Positions 38,728 through 49,015 are shown, numbered from the stretch's first letter. The stretch is DNA of 64,000 nt from an uncultured Candidatus Pelagibacter sp. (GCA_905618915.1 CAJQTI010000046.1:7441-71440); one strand, 5' to 3'. A program made the numbers and translations. Notes: generated by a model not told the origin, from the letters alone.

Positions 38728-39139
38728 AGAAATTAACCTAGAGGGTTACAGGCTTGCTCATACTATGATCAGAGTTAAAAATTTAGAAGCATCTTTTGAT
38801 TTTTATTGCAAAACTTTAGGGATGAAAATTTTAAGAAAAACAGACTATCCGGAAGGAAAATTTACTAATGCTTTTATTGGTTATGGTCCTGAAACAGAAT
38901 CGCCATGTTTAGAACTAACCTGTAACTGGGACCAAAAAGATGATTATGACAAAGGTAATGGATGGGGACATGTTTGTATAGAAACACCAGATGTTTATAA
39001 AGCTTGTGATGATCTTGCCAAATTAGGCATAAATATTACTCGTAAACCAGGTCCTATGAAGCACGGAACTAGAATAATAGCCTTTTGTGAAGATCCAGAT
39101 GGGTACAAAGTCGAGTTAAATGAACCAGTAAAAGTATAA
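38720..39139 (+). CDS. gloA: Lactoylglutathione lyase (glyoxalase I)
   Basis: HTMIRV, LELTCNW, GNGWGH, PGPMKHG, DPDGYKVE. Confidence 0.85.
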   Translation: MSKEINLEGYRLAHTMIRVKNLEASFDFYCKTLGMKILRKTDYPEGKFTNAFIGYGPETESPCLELTCNWDQKDDYDKGNGWGHVCIETPDVYKACDDLAKLGINITRKPGPMKHGTRIIAFCEDPDGYKVELNEPVKV

Positions 39140-39156
39140 ATAGAAAGGGAAGATAA

Positions 39157-39552
39157 ATGTCAAAAAAACCACAATTATATAAATTTAAAGATATTGAAAA
39201 TAGACTTCATACTTTAGAGCCAGGAAAAAGTTACATTAAGCCTTTTGTGACCAGCAAGGTGAGTAACACAATGTGTGGAGGTTTAAATTTTTTAAACAAA
39301 GCTTCTATACCATGGGATTTAACTTGTGATGAAATCATCTATTGTATGACAGGAACTTTTCGCCTTACATGTAATGGTGAGTCTTATATTTGTAACCCTG
39401 GAGATGTGCTTTATATCCCAAAAGATAATCATATTGCTTATGAATGCGATGAAAAGTGTGTAATATTTTACGCTGCTTATCCTCATGATTGGAAACAACA
39501 AGCAGGTATTACATTCGTACCAGGAATAGACCCTGAAGATATGCCACAATAG
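39157..39552 (+). CDS. EutQ-like cupin
   Basis: MCGG..WDLTCDEIIY..G..PGDVLYIPK..FYAAYP.DW. Confidence 0.78.
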   Translation: MSKKPQLYKFKDIENRLHTLEPGKSYIKPFVTSKVSNTMCGGLNFLNKASIPWDLTCDEIIYCMTGTFRLTCNGESYICNPGDVLYIPKDNHIAYECDEKCVIFYAAYPHDWKQQAGITFVPGIDPEDMPQ

Positions 39553-39572
39553 TAAAGATAAAGGAGATCAAT

Positions 39573-40994
39573 ATGAGTAAGAATGAAAAAATTTATTATG
39601 AAAACTTTCAAGATGCAGTTGAACGTAATAGAAAAAAAATACCTTCTGTTCATAAAAAATTAAAAGCTGCTGGTGTAAAGTATGTTTTATCTAGCTGGAT
39701 TGATCTCCATGGCATTCCAAAATCAAAGCCTGTACCAATGACTGATTTTGAGCCATTATGCTTGGGTAAAGGACCTCAGTTTGCTGTTCATTCTATCTCT
39801 TTTGTTCCTGAGCTTACCCCTGCAGACTCCGATCAGGTCATGTTACCAGATTTAGATGCTGTTTATATTTGTCCATGGGACACTACTACTGCTATTATTT
39901 TTGCAGATCTTTTTTGGGAGGATAAGCCATATAATGTTTGTCCTAGACAAGCTTTAAAGCGTGCAATGCAAAAAGCTCAAGATGCAGGATACAAAGGAAT
40001 GGCCGGTATAGAGCCTGAGTTTATTGCAATGAAGTATGATGAAAATGGCCAACCTGTTAAAGCTATTGATAATGATCCAGTCAAAGGTCTTAGGCCAAGA
40101 CGACAAGCTTTTGGTTATGATGTAGAGCACACATTAGACTCTATGTATTTTTTAAAAGAGCTAATCGATACTTTAAATGATCTAGGTTGGATGATCCATG
40201 ATGTTGTAGCAGAAGGAGCCTATTCTCAATTTGAATTAGATTTTCATTACACCAACCTTTTGGAAATGGGAGACAGATTAGTTTTTCTTCGAATTCTTTT
40301 AAAAGAAATAGCTAAAAAAAATAATATGTTTATTACCTTTATGCCAAAACCCACTATAGGTGACTGGAGATCAGGAGCTCATATTAATTTTTCAATGGTA
40401 GATAAAAATGGAAAGAATATTTTTGATGGTGGAGATAAGTGGTCTAAAGAATCAATCTTTGCTGTTGGTGGTTTAATGAAACATGCTGAAGCAATAACTT
40501 CCATTACGTGCTCAACTGTAAATTCATACAACGGATTAGTGCCAAGAGTTGGTGGTTTTGAAGGTGGAACTGTAACTTGGGCTCCAACAAATATTACTTA
40601 TGGACACAATAATAGATCTGCACAATTTAGATTACCTCAAAATAGATATTGTATTGAAAATAGAGCAGCAGATATGACAATGAACGTTTATCTAGCACTC
40701 TCAATGACAATTTCAGCAGCAATTGAGGGAATTGAAAATAAAATACATCCAGGGAAACCAACTGACCAAGATTTATATAATATGTCAGAGGGTGAGTTTA
40801 AAAAACTTGGAATTAAAAGATTGCCAAGAAACCTACTGTCAGCGATTGAGGCTTTAAAAAATGACAAACTAACTGATGAAGTTTTGGGTCCGGTCATGAA
40901 AAAATCAATACTAGCTTATAAAAATGATGAATGGGAACGATACCATCAAGCAGTAACTGACTGGGAAGTAAAAGAGTATCTTAGACTTTATTAA
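39573..40994 (+). CDS. Glutamine synthetase-family gamma-glutamylamide ligase (paralog 3)
   Basis: GIEPEF, AEGAYSQFE, FMPKP, SGAHINFS, TWAP, NRS, ENRAAD; RBS AAGGAG. Confidence 0.85.
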   Translation: MSKNEKIYYENFQDAVERNRKKIPSVHKKLKAAGVKYVLSSWIDLHGIPKSKPVPMTDFEPLCLGKGPQFAVHSISFVPELTPADSDQVMLPDLDAVYICPWDTTTAIIFADLFWEDKPYNVCPRQALKRAMQKAQDAGYKGMAGIEPEFIAMKYDENGQPVKAIDNDPVKGLRPRRQAFGYDVEHTLDSMYFLKELIDTLNDLGWMIHDVVAEGAYSQFELDFHYTNLLEMGDRLVFLRILLKEIAKKNNMFITFMPKPTIGDWRSGAHINFSMVDKNGKNIFDGGDKWSKESIFAVGGLMKHAEAITSITCSTVNSYNGLVPRVGGFEGGTVTWAPTNITYGHNNRSAQFRLPQNRYCIENRAADMTMNVYLALSMTISAAIEGIENKIHPGKPTDQDLYNMSEGEFKKLGIKRLPRNLLSAIEALKNDKLTDEVLGPVMKKSILAYKNDEWERYHQAVTDWEVKEYLRLY

Positions 40995-42004
40995 TGAAAG
41001 ATTATCAGGAGTTTAACTTAGGAAATATTAAACTCTTATCTGGTAAAATCTTAAAGTCTGCCCAGTTAATTTATAAAACTTACGGTAAACTTAACAAAGA
41101 TCATTCAAATGTAATTGTACTTCCAACATTTTATACAGGCACTCATATCCGCAATGAAGGTTTTATTGGAAAAAATAGGGCAATAAATCCGAATAAATTT
41201 TTTATTATTTCAATAAATATGTTTGGCAATGGTTTCTCAACATCACCGAGTAATGCTATTAAATTACAACGTGGTTCTCAATTTCCTGAAATAACACTTT
41301 GGGATAATATTTATTGTCAGCATAAATTAATAAACGAAAAACTTAACATAAAAAAAATTGCCTTAGTAACTGGCTGGTCTATGGCTGGGTGCCAGTCATA
41401 TCAATGGGCGGCACAGTATCCTGATATGGTCAAAGCAATTCTACCTTTTTGCGCTTCATCAAAAACATCAATACATAATCATGTTTTTTTAGAAGGTGTG
41501 AAGGCAGCACTAATAACAGATAAAAGTTGGAATAATGGAAATTATAAAAAACAACCAGTTGCAGGTTTAAAAAGCTTTGGACGTGTATATGCTGGTTGGG
41601 CCTTCTCTCAAGATTTTTATAGAAAAAAACTTTATAAAAAATTTGGTTTTGAGAGTGTTGAGGATTTGCTTAAAGATTGGGCTAATGATCATGCAAAAAA
41701 TTGGGATGCAAATGATCTTTTAAGCAAACTAAAGACTTGGCAGCTAAACAATATAAGCAGTGGTCCACTCTATAAGGGCAATTATATTAAAGCTTTAAGG
41801 TCAATTAGAGCAAAGACAATTTTGATGCCATGTAATCAGGATTTATATTTTAGGACAGAAGATAATATGTATGAAGAGAAATTTATTAAAAGAGTATCTT
41901 TAAAACCTATTGACTCACCTTATGGGCATTGTGCTGCAAATCCAGGTAATGATAAGAATTTTCAAAGAAAATTAGATCAAAATATTGCTGAACTATTAAC
42001 TTAG
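40994..42004 (+). CDS. MetX-fold alpha/beta hydrolase or acyltransferase
   Basis: YKTYGKLN, GWSMAG nucleophile, DLYF, YGHCA; TAATG-coupled to the GS-like gene. Confidence 0.8.
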   Translation: MKDYQEFNLGNIKLLSGKILKSAQLIYKTYGKLNKDHSNVIVLPTFYTGTHIRNEGFIGKNRAINPNKFFIISINMFGNGFSTSPSNAIKLQRGSQFPEITLWDNIYCQHKLINEKLNIKKIALVTGWSMAGCQSYQWAAQYPDMVKAILPFCASSKTSIHNHVFLEGVKAALITDKSWNNGNYKKQPVAGLKSFGRVYAGWAFSQDFYRKKLYKKFGFESVEDLLKDWANDHAKNWDANDLLSKLKTWQLNNISSGPLYKGNYIKALRSIRAKTILMPCNQDLYFRTEDNMYEEKFIKRVSLKPIDSPYGHCAANPGNDKNFQRKLDQNIAELLT

Positions 42005-42104
42005 TTAAATAAAGTAATAGAAAAACACTATTAAATTACAAGTTGTACCCAATATAGACACTAAGAGGGTTTTTGTGTGAAACAAAATCGATCAAACTAT
42101 AGAT

Positions 42105-43310
42105 ATGAAAAATCAACTTAAGAAAGAGCTTAAGAAGATAAATATACACAGTCAGAGTTTATTTGAAAGCCCATTAAAAATTCTTAAAAAAATAAATTTA
42201 GATAAATTTAAAAAAATCACATCTTTTTCTTTAACTAAAAAATATAAAGATTTCAAAAAAAATATTAAACAAAAGGAACTAAATAAAATCAAGTTATTAA
42301 AAGAAAAAAAAATTAGAGAATTAAAAAAAGAAAAATTAGAACAAGAAAAACAAAAGATAGAAGAGATAAAGTTAATTAAACAAAATGAATTAAATATATT
42401 AAAGGAAGAAAAACAAAAGATAGAGAAACAAGAAAAACTAAAAATAAAAATAATAAAACAACAACAACAAATTGAAAGACAGAAAATTAAACTTGAGACA
42501 CAAAGAATAAAAGCTGAAGAGCAAAAATTAAGAGACGAAGACGAAGAAAAAGAACGTCAGGATGATTTAAAATTAAAAGAAGAAAAATTAAGATTAGAAT
42601 TTTTTGAAAAACAAAGAGTGAGGCAAGAGCAACAAAGAGCAAAAATAGAAAGAGATAAATTAATAACCCTTGAGAGACAGAGTGCTCGTGAAGCTAAACA
42701 AAAAATAAATGATGAAGTAGAAAGATTAAAAAATATTGAGATTGATAAACAAAAAAAAGATGAACAAAGATTAAATGAAGAAGAACATAAATTAAATTAT
42801 CAAAAAAAAAAACTTGAAGAAATAGAACAAAATATTAAAAAAATTGATACTGAGAGATTAAGGGAAAAAGAAATACAAATATTAAAAGAAGCAGACGAAT
42901 TGAGGAACAAAGAAAAGGAATTTAGATTAAAAGAACAGCAAGAAATAGAAGAGCTTAAGGAATTAAAACTAAAAGACTTTAATCATAGAAAAAGAGAAGA
43001 AGAGTTACAATTAAAAGAAGAAGAGATAAAATTAGAAAATTTAAGAGAACAAAAAATAATTGAAGCAGGAATTCTTGAAGAAAGAAGAATCAAAGATGAA
43101 GAACAAAAAATAAAAGAATGGGAAAAAAAATTTGATAAGGACCAAATAAAAAAAGAAGAAGAATTAATAAAAAAGTTTAATGACCAATTAATTAGGGAAA
43201 AAGAAGAAAGTCAAAAGATAATAGAATTTAAAAAAGAAGTAGTAATAGAAGAAAAGAATGAAGAAATATTAGATGATGAGGTAAGAAAAGAAGAAGATGA
43301 AAGATATTAG
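42105..43310 (+). CDS. Lys/Glu/Gln-rich coiled-coil protein of unknown function
   Basis: 401-aa uninterrupted ORF of charged heptad-like sequence; no TM or recognisable domain. Confidence 0.7.
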   Translation: MKNQLKKELKKINIHSQSLFESPLKILKKINLDKFKKITSFSLTKKYKDFKKNIKQKELNKIKLLKEKKIRELKKEKLEQEKQKIEEIKLIKQNELNILKEEKQKIEKQEKLKIKIIKQQQQIERQKIKLETQRIKAEEQKLRDEDEEKERQDDLKLKEEKLRLEFFEKQRVRQEQQRAKIERDKLITLERQSAREAKQKINDEVERLKNIEIDKQKKDEQRLNEEEHKLNYQKKKLEEIEQNIKKIDTERLREKEIQILKEADELRNKEKEFRLKEQQEIEELKELKLKDFNHRKREEELQLKEEEIKLENLREQKIIEAGILEERRIKDEEQKIKEWEKKFDKDQIKKEEELIKKFNDQLIREKEESQKIIEFKKEVVIEEKNEEILDDEVRKEEDERY

Positions 43311-45529
43311 TTAATCAAAGGTTTCCCCGTTCCTAGTGTGTATTTAATTCGATCTTGAGTTTCTTTTGTTTCAATTAGTCTCATGAAAGCATCTAATTCT
43401 AATTTAAACAAATCATCTTCTGATAAAGTTTTATCATGGGTTGTATCTCCTCCACTTAAGACATGGGCTAATTCCTTTGCAACTGTAACACCATGCTCAC
43501 GAATTATTTTTTCATTGTAAAGTTTTTCTATAATTATATTCATTTCTACCAAAACTTCTTTTCCTGGTAGCTTGAATTCTGTTTCTAGTGGAGTTTTAAA
43601 TTCTTTATTATCATTTAAGATTTCTTTTGAAACTTCTAATAAACTGTTTCTATTCATTATTTTTTTATCTTCAGGTTTTAAATATTTTAATGGTTCTGCC
43701 TCAACTGGTGATGTTGCAGTTTTTCCATAACCAATAATATCAAAAACTTTAAGGGGTGCGTAATGAGGATCTTTTTTAGCTTCATCTGTATCAAGCCATC
43801 TAGCCAACATTTCCTTGCATCCCCCACCAGCTGGTATTAATCCAACTATTGTTTCAACTAATCCAACTACAATGTTTGTGTGTGAGGCTACAAAATTACT
43901 TTGGACCATAACCTCAAATCCGCCACCAAGTGTTAATCCTGAAGGTGCAGAAACTACTGGATGATTAGAATACTTAAGATGTTTACAGGTTTCTTGAAAA
44001 TATCTAATAAATTTTTCTATAGATTTAAAGTCATTCTTATTTGCAAAATCCATCGTATAACTCAAATTTACTCCAGCAGAGAATTGCATACTTTCATTTA
44101 TTATAATCAACGGTTTATCTGTAGCTTTTTTTAAAGCATCCATTGAATCATAATCTAATGCATTTGCTTTAGTGGTAAACTCGACAATATTATAATCATT
44201 AAATCTATATATCTGAGCTGAGCTATTTCCATCTACACTTAATGCTTTCTTTTTAGCTTTTCCAAATGTTTCAATGTTAGTATATTTCTGCCTAGGTCCA
44301 TAAAAATTTTGATTTCTGTTTTGAGATAAATTTTCTAAAAAAGTATTTCCTTTAATGTCATCTATCTTTCCAAAAAAAGTTTCTACTCCGATTTCCTCCA
44401 ACATTTCAAATGGACCTTTAGTCCAGTTAAAACCTAACCTCATTGCTTCATCAATATCATTAAAATCTTTTGTAATTGATGGGACTAAAGAAGAGGCATA
44501 TTTAATAATCTTAGAAATAACAGACCAAGCATACTCACCATATTTATCTTCTCTTGAAATTAATTTTTTGAGATCTACTTTATCTGATTTAATATTAATC
44601 TTTTTACTTACTGAATACTCTCCTGTTTCAAGATTAATTGCTTCCATAACCTTTACATCACCTGTTTTGTTAACTCTGTAAAACCCACCCTTGCCTTTTC
44701 GACCAGTATATCCAGTTTCAATTAATTTTTTTACTAGAGGAATTTCTTTTGCAATTATTTGAAAAGGGTCATTTTCTTGCAATTCTTTAATAAAACTTTT
44801 TAAAACATCGGCCATTAAATCTATGCCAATTAAATCATAAAGACCAAACACACCTGTTTTTGGTATGCCCATTGGTCTTCCAAAAATTGCATCTGCTTCT
44901 TCTATACTAAGTTTCATTTTAAAAGCCTCCGTCATTGCAACTTGCATTGCAAAAACACCTATTCTATTTCCTAAAAAACCTGGCGTATCATTACAAATAA
45001 TTGCTCCTTTTCCAAGTTCTGTTTCACAAAAATTTTTTAAAGCGTTTATTTTTTCTAAATCATTATTTTCATTTTTAACTATCTCTAATAACCCCATGTA
45101 TCTAACTGGATTAAAAAAGTGTGTAATACAAAAATCTTTTTTTTCTTCTTCTGATAAATATTCAGATAAGATTTTAATAGGTATAGATGATGTGTTTGAT
45201 GAAACTATTGCACCCTTTTTTCTTTCCTTAAATATTTTTTTATAGATTTCATGTTTGATATCTATTCTCTCAACAACAGCTTCTACTACCCAGTCAGCTT
45301 CTTTTACTTCATCAAAATTATCTAAAATATTTCCTACTTTAATGTTGTTTATTTTTGATTTATCTAACAAAAGTGGGGGTCTTGATTTGTGAATTTTATC
45401 TCGTGCTTGCTCACTTATTTCAGTTTTTAAATCTAGCAAGGTTACTGGAATATTTGCATTACATAGATGCGCAGCAATACCACTACCCATAGTGCCTGAA
45501 CCAATAACTACTACTTTTTTAATTTCCAT
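43307..45529 (-). CDS. 3-hydroxyacyl-CoA dehydrogenase/enoyl-CoA hydratase (FadN-like)
   Basis: GSGTMGSGIA, EAVVE, SNTSS, HFFNPVRY, FSAGVNL, LGGGFE, GLVE. Confidence 0.9.
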   Translation of the reverse strand: MEIKKVVVIGSGTMGSGIAAHLCNANIPVTLLDLKTEISEQARDKIHKSRPPLLLDKSKINNIKVGNILDNFDEVKEADWVVEAVVERIDIKHEIYKKIFKERKKGAIVSSNTSSIPIKILSEYLSEEEKKDFCITHFFNPVRYMGLLEIVKNENNDLEKINALKNFCETELGKGAIICNDTPGFLGNRIGVFAMQVAMTEAFKMKLSIEEADAIFGRPMGIPKTGVFGLYDLIGIDLMADVLKSFIKELQENDPFQIIAKEIPLVKKLIETGYTGRKGKGGFYRVNKTGDVKVMEAINLETGEYSVSKKINIKSDKVDLKKLISREDKYGEYAWSVISKIIKYASSLVPSITKDFNDIDEAMRLGFNWTKGPFEMLEEIGVETFFGKIDDIKGNTFLENLSQNRNQNFYGPRQKYTNIETFGKAKKKALSVDGNSSAQIYRFNDYNIVEFTTKANALDYDSMDALKKATDKPLIIINESMQFSAGVNLSYTMDFANKNDFKSIEKFIRYFQETCKHLKYSNHPVVSAPSGLTLGGGFEVMVQSNFVASHTNIVVGLVETIVGLIPAGGGCKEMLARWLDTDEAKKDPHYAPLKVFDIIGYGKTATSPVEAEPLKYLKPEDKKIMNRNSLLEVSKEILNDNKEFKTPLETEFKLPGKEVLVEMNIIIEKLYNEKIIREHGVTVAKELAHVLSGGDTTHDKTLSEDDLFKLELDAFMRLIETKETQDRIKYTLGTGKPLIN

Positions 45530-45584
45530 AAAATTTTAAATTGAACGGATGTTTATAATAAAAAAAATGAACTTAGTAAATAAA

Positions 45585-46439
45585 TTACCTATTAATTCCT
45601 CTTAGTCTTTCAGATCTTCGTCTTAAAAGTTCTGCACTAACTAGAATTAAAGTAGACATTATGATTAAGCATGTTGCTACGGCCATGATTGTTGGACTTA
45701 ATTGTTCCCTTAGCCCAACCCACATTTGAATTGGAATAGTAGTAGTTTCAAGTCCTGCTAGAAATAATACAACTACAACTTCATCAAATGAAGTTACAAA
45801 AGCAAATAGTGCTCCAGAAATAACACCTGGTAAAATTAATGGTAAAGTTATTTTCATAAAAGTATTAACTGGATTACTACCTAAACTAGCAGCAGCCCTT
45901 GTAACACTATGATCAAAACCAGTTAATGTTGCAGTAACTGTAATAACAACAAACGGTGTTCCTAAAATAATATGTGCTAAAACTATCCCTGTATGTGTTG
46001 CAGCCAAACCTACTTTTGCCATAAAGAAAAATATTGCTGTGCCTGAAATAATTAATGGAACAATCATTGGTGAAATTAATAAAGCCATGAATGCTGCTTT
46101 GTAAGGCATGTGTCTACTACTTAAACCTAATGCTGCAACTGTTCCAAGAATTGTTGAGCCAATAGTTGCAAAGAAAGCAATGATAATGCTATTTTTTGCT
46201 GCTAATCCCCATGGATTTTTAGTACCGTAAATCATATCTTCATACCATCTTAAAGAAAAACCTTCTGGATCAAGTGCTAACATTTTTGCTGAAAAGTGAA
46301 TGTATTGCTCAGCATTAAATGAAAGTGGTAGAATTATAAAGAGCGGAGCAATTAAAAAGAAAAACACTAATCCACAAATAGTTAAATATGTGTAGTGCCA
46401 TATTCTATAATTCCATGATGTGTAAGTTGGTAATGACAT
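45585..46439 (-). CDS. potC: PotC-like ABC permease
   Basis: SLRWY, AAASLGS, SFDEVVV. Confidence 0.8.
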   Translation of the reverse strand: MSLPTYTSWNYRIWHYTYLTICGLVFFFLIAPLFIILPLSFNAEQYIHFSAKMLALDPEGFSLRWYEDMIYGTKNPWGLAAKNSIIIAFFATIGSTILGTVAALGLSSRHMPYKAAFMALLISPMIVPLIISGTAIFFFMAKVGLAATHTGIVLAHIILGTPFVVITVTATLTGFDHSVTRAAASLGSNPVNTFMKITLPLILPGVISGALFAFVTSFDEVVVVLFLAGLETTTIPIQMWVGLREQLSPTIMAVATCLIIMSTLILVSAELLRRRSERLRGINR

Positions 46440-46442
46440 AAT

Positions 46443-47690
46443 TTATCCTAGTTTAATATTATCTATTCCTACTAATTTATTATAAATCCAGTAAATGGTT
46501 AATACACCAACCAACAGCATTGTGCCTAATGCAGCAGCAAATGACCAATCTAAAGAACTTTTCATATGATAAGCAATTGTATTACTAATTAAAGATCCAC
46601 TAGCACCACCTACTAATGCAGGTGTAATGTAATAACCTATTGCTAAAATAAAAACCAACAATGACCCAGCACCAATACCTGGAACTGTTAATGGAAAGTA
46701 AATTTTTCTAAATGCTACAAATGGTGTTCCACCTAAAGATTTTCCAGCTCTCATTAAGCTTGGAGATATTGTTTTCATTACACTGTAAAGTGGTAAAACC
46801 ATAAATGGTAGTAAGATTTGCGTCATCGCAACAAAAGTTCCAATTACATTGTACATTAGTTCTGGCCTATTATCATTGGCTGCAAGCCCAAGCATTACAA
46901 TTAAATCATTAATTGGGCCTTGCTGTTGAAGTAAAACCATCCAACTTGAAGTTCTAACTAACAGTGATGTCCAGAATGGAAGTAGTACACATATCATCAG
47001 TAAATTACTATATTTCATGGGTAATGTAGCTAGTAAGTATGAAATTGGATAAGCAAGTACGAAACAGAATATAGTTACCCAAAAAGCAACTTTGAGAGTT
47101 CTTAACCATAGTATCTTATGAATTCTTCTGTCCTCTGGTTGCTGAACTATATCTCCATTTTGGTCAAATTTTAAATCCACACCTTTTAGATATTTAGCAT
47201 AAGTCCAATTTGGTGCAGCATTCTTTAAAGCAACTAAATATTCAGGTTGACCCCACCTTTTGTGAACATTTATAAATTGTTCTTTATAGTTTCCATCTTC
47301 GAATTTTCCAAGTTTTCTAACTGTTTTTTTTATTAAGCTACTAAATCCACCTTTTTCATAATTTAATCTTGCTATGATCTTGCCATAAGTTTTAGTCTTT
47401 TTTAAATATGATAAATCTTCATAAAGAGCTGCATAAACTGGCTCTTCTGGAAGGTTTTTGCCATCCCATTTTTCAATCGCTGTAAAGGTATTTGGTAACA
47501 TTTTAGTGATCTTACGATCATCAATACTTCTAAATAACATGTCACCTATTGGAAAAACATATGTAATTATAAGAAACAGAAATAATGGTCCCACAAGAAA
47601 TAATGCTTTTAATTTATTTTTTCTCTCAGCTTTTCTTAAACTGACCTCTAAAGGTAACCCATCTGATGATAATATTTGTTCTGTGCTCAT
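46443..47690 (-). CDS. potB: PotB-like ABC permease
   Basis: LPFWTSLLVR, LPFMVLPLY, GYYITPALVGG. Confidence 0.8.
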   Translation of the reverse strand: MSTEQILSSDGLPLEVSLRKAERKNKLKALFLVGPLFLFLIITYVFPIGDMLFRSIDDRKITKMLPNTFTAIEKWDGKNLPEEPVYAALYEDLSYLKKTKTYGKIIARLNYEKGGFSSLIKKTVRKLGKFEDGNYKEQFINVHKRWGQPEYLVALKNAAPNWTYAKYLKGVDLKFDQNGDIVQQPEDRRIHKILWLRTLKVAFWVTIFCFVLAYPISYLLATLPMKYSNLLMICVLLPFWTSLLVRTSSWMVLLQQQGPINDLIVMLGLAANDNRPELMYNVIGTFVAMTQILLPFMVLPLYSVMKTISPSLMRAGKSLGGTPFVAFRKIYFPLTVPGIGAGSLLVFILAIGYYITPALVGGASGSLISNTIAYHMKSSLDWSFAAALGTMLLVGVLTIYWIYNKLVGIDNIKLG

Positions 47691-47704
47691 ATTTTAAAAT
47701 TCTC

Positions 47705-47737
47705 AAAAAAAAAGGGCGGCTATCATTTAACCGCCCT
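47705..47737 (-). terminator. Intrinsic terminator/attenuator between the SBP gene and the permeases
   Basis: Minus strand AGGGCGGTTA-AATGA-TAGCCGCCCT followed by a T run. Confidence 0.85.
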
Positions 47738-47775
47738 AGTATTTTATAATAAAAACTTAATCTATAATACTAAAA

Positions 47776-48897
47776 TTATAGTCCAGCTTTCATTGCTTCC
47801 CATTTCTCGTTGATTTCATCTTGGTTATCTGCCCAGAAATCAGGATTCATTAGGATATATTTTTTAGTGTTAACAGGTGCTGTAGGCATGTGTTGTACCA
47901 TGCTTGTCTTACCATCTTTATACCATGGCTCTCCAGCATCTATAATAGCAATTGAAGACTTTCTCCAAGGAGCGTAAGCAATATACTTAGCACTTCCAGC
48001 TAAACCTTCAGTACTTGTCATTTCTCTAAGTACTTTCAAAGCTTCACCATTAGCATCGTTAGGTCCACCTTTAACCATTGCAAAATACTCATAGTCAAGA
48101 ATTTGTCCATCCCATACTTGTACAAGAGGAGTTCCTTCCATTTGCGCATTAAAGAATCTACCGTTCCAACCAGTTGCCATTACCACTTCACCATTGGCAA
48201 GTAATTCAGGCGGTTGAGCTCCAGCATTCCAGAATACACATCCACCATTTGGATCAGTACAAAGGTCTGTAATCATTTTCATTGCTCTGTCTACTCCACC
48301 AGCAGCTTCAAGTTTTCTGTAAGTTAAGTCAGAACCTTTACCAGGGTTTACACCGTCTGCAGTGATAGCAATCTCTAAGTTAGACATTGCACCTTTGTAA
48401 ATTGCTCTTTTTCCAGGAAACTTAGCAGTGTTAAAAAAGTCTTTTAATGTAGACGGTTTTTTTGCACCGATAGTTGCATCATTGTAAGCATAGTTCCAAG
48501 AGTACAAGATGTTTCCAACTGCACATTTAGAAGGCATGCCAGTAAAGAAGTCTTGACTTGCTGGAGTTCCATCTGGAGCAGGTGAAAAATCTTTGTCAAA
48601 GTCGAATTCAACAAAAATACCTTCATCACATCCAATGATAGTGTCTTTTGCATATACATCGATAATATCCCATGTAATTGCACCAGCTTCTTTTTGAGCT
48701 TTAATCTCTGATAATCCACCTGTGTAATCTACCCAGTTTACAGCAATACCTAATTTAGCAGCTGTAGGATCACCATACCCTAATTTTTGACTTTCCGTAT
48801 AAGCACCACCCCAAGAAGCTACAGTAACTGCAAAAGCTGAAGTTGTGATAGAAAGTACAAAAGATAGAGCAAGTAATAGTTTACTTAATTTTTTCAT
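47776..48897 (-). CDS. potD: PotD-family substrate-binding protein (substrate uncertain)
   Basis: Signal peptide, SWGGAY, WDIIDV, GWNGRF; RBS AGGAG. Confidence 0.78.
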   Translation of the reverse strand: MKKLSKLLLALSFVLSITTSAFAVTVASWGGAYTESQKLGYGDPTAAKLGIAVNWVDYTGGLSEIKAQKEAGAITWDIIDVYAKDTIIGCDEGIFVEFDFDKDFSPAPDGTPASQDFFTGMPSKCAVGNILYSWNYAYNDATIGAKKPSTLKDFFNTAKFPGKRAIYKGAMSNLEIAITADGVNPGKGSDLTYRKLEAAGGVDRAMKMITDLCTDPNGGCVFWNAGAQPPELLANGEVVMATGWNGRFFNAQMEGTPLVQVWDGQILDYEYFAMVKGGPNDANGEALKVLREMTSTEGLAGSAKYIAYAPWRKSSIAIIDAGEPWYKDGKTSMVQHMPTAPVNTKKYILMNPDFWADNQDEINEKWEAMKAGL

Positions 48898-49015
48898 TTT
48901 CTCTCCTATTTAACGTTAACGTTTTATTTAAGTGACACTAAAACAATATAGGCACGTTTAGTCAACAGCCAATTATGTCTAATTTGCCTTTATTTTATAG
49001 GGAATTTTATAATGC

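Noticed and set aside
40994-42004. Calling this gene metX (methionine biosynthesis)
   Set aside because: It lacks the typical HALTG/GGSMGG motifs, and the context is catabolic.
42105-43310. Tandem DNA repeat, or tolA
   Set aside because: Repeats are imperfect and at protein level; there is no TM anchor, TolA C-terminal domain or tol-pal context.
48912-48923. AACGTTAACGTT palindrome upstream of potD
   Set aside because: Single short instance next to the RBS; operator, hairpin and chance cannot be told apart.
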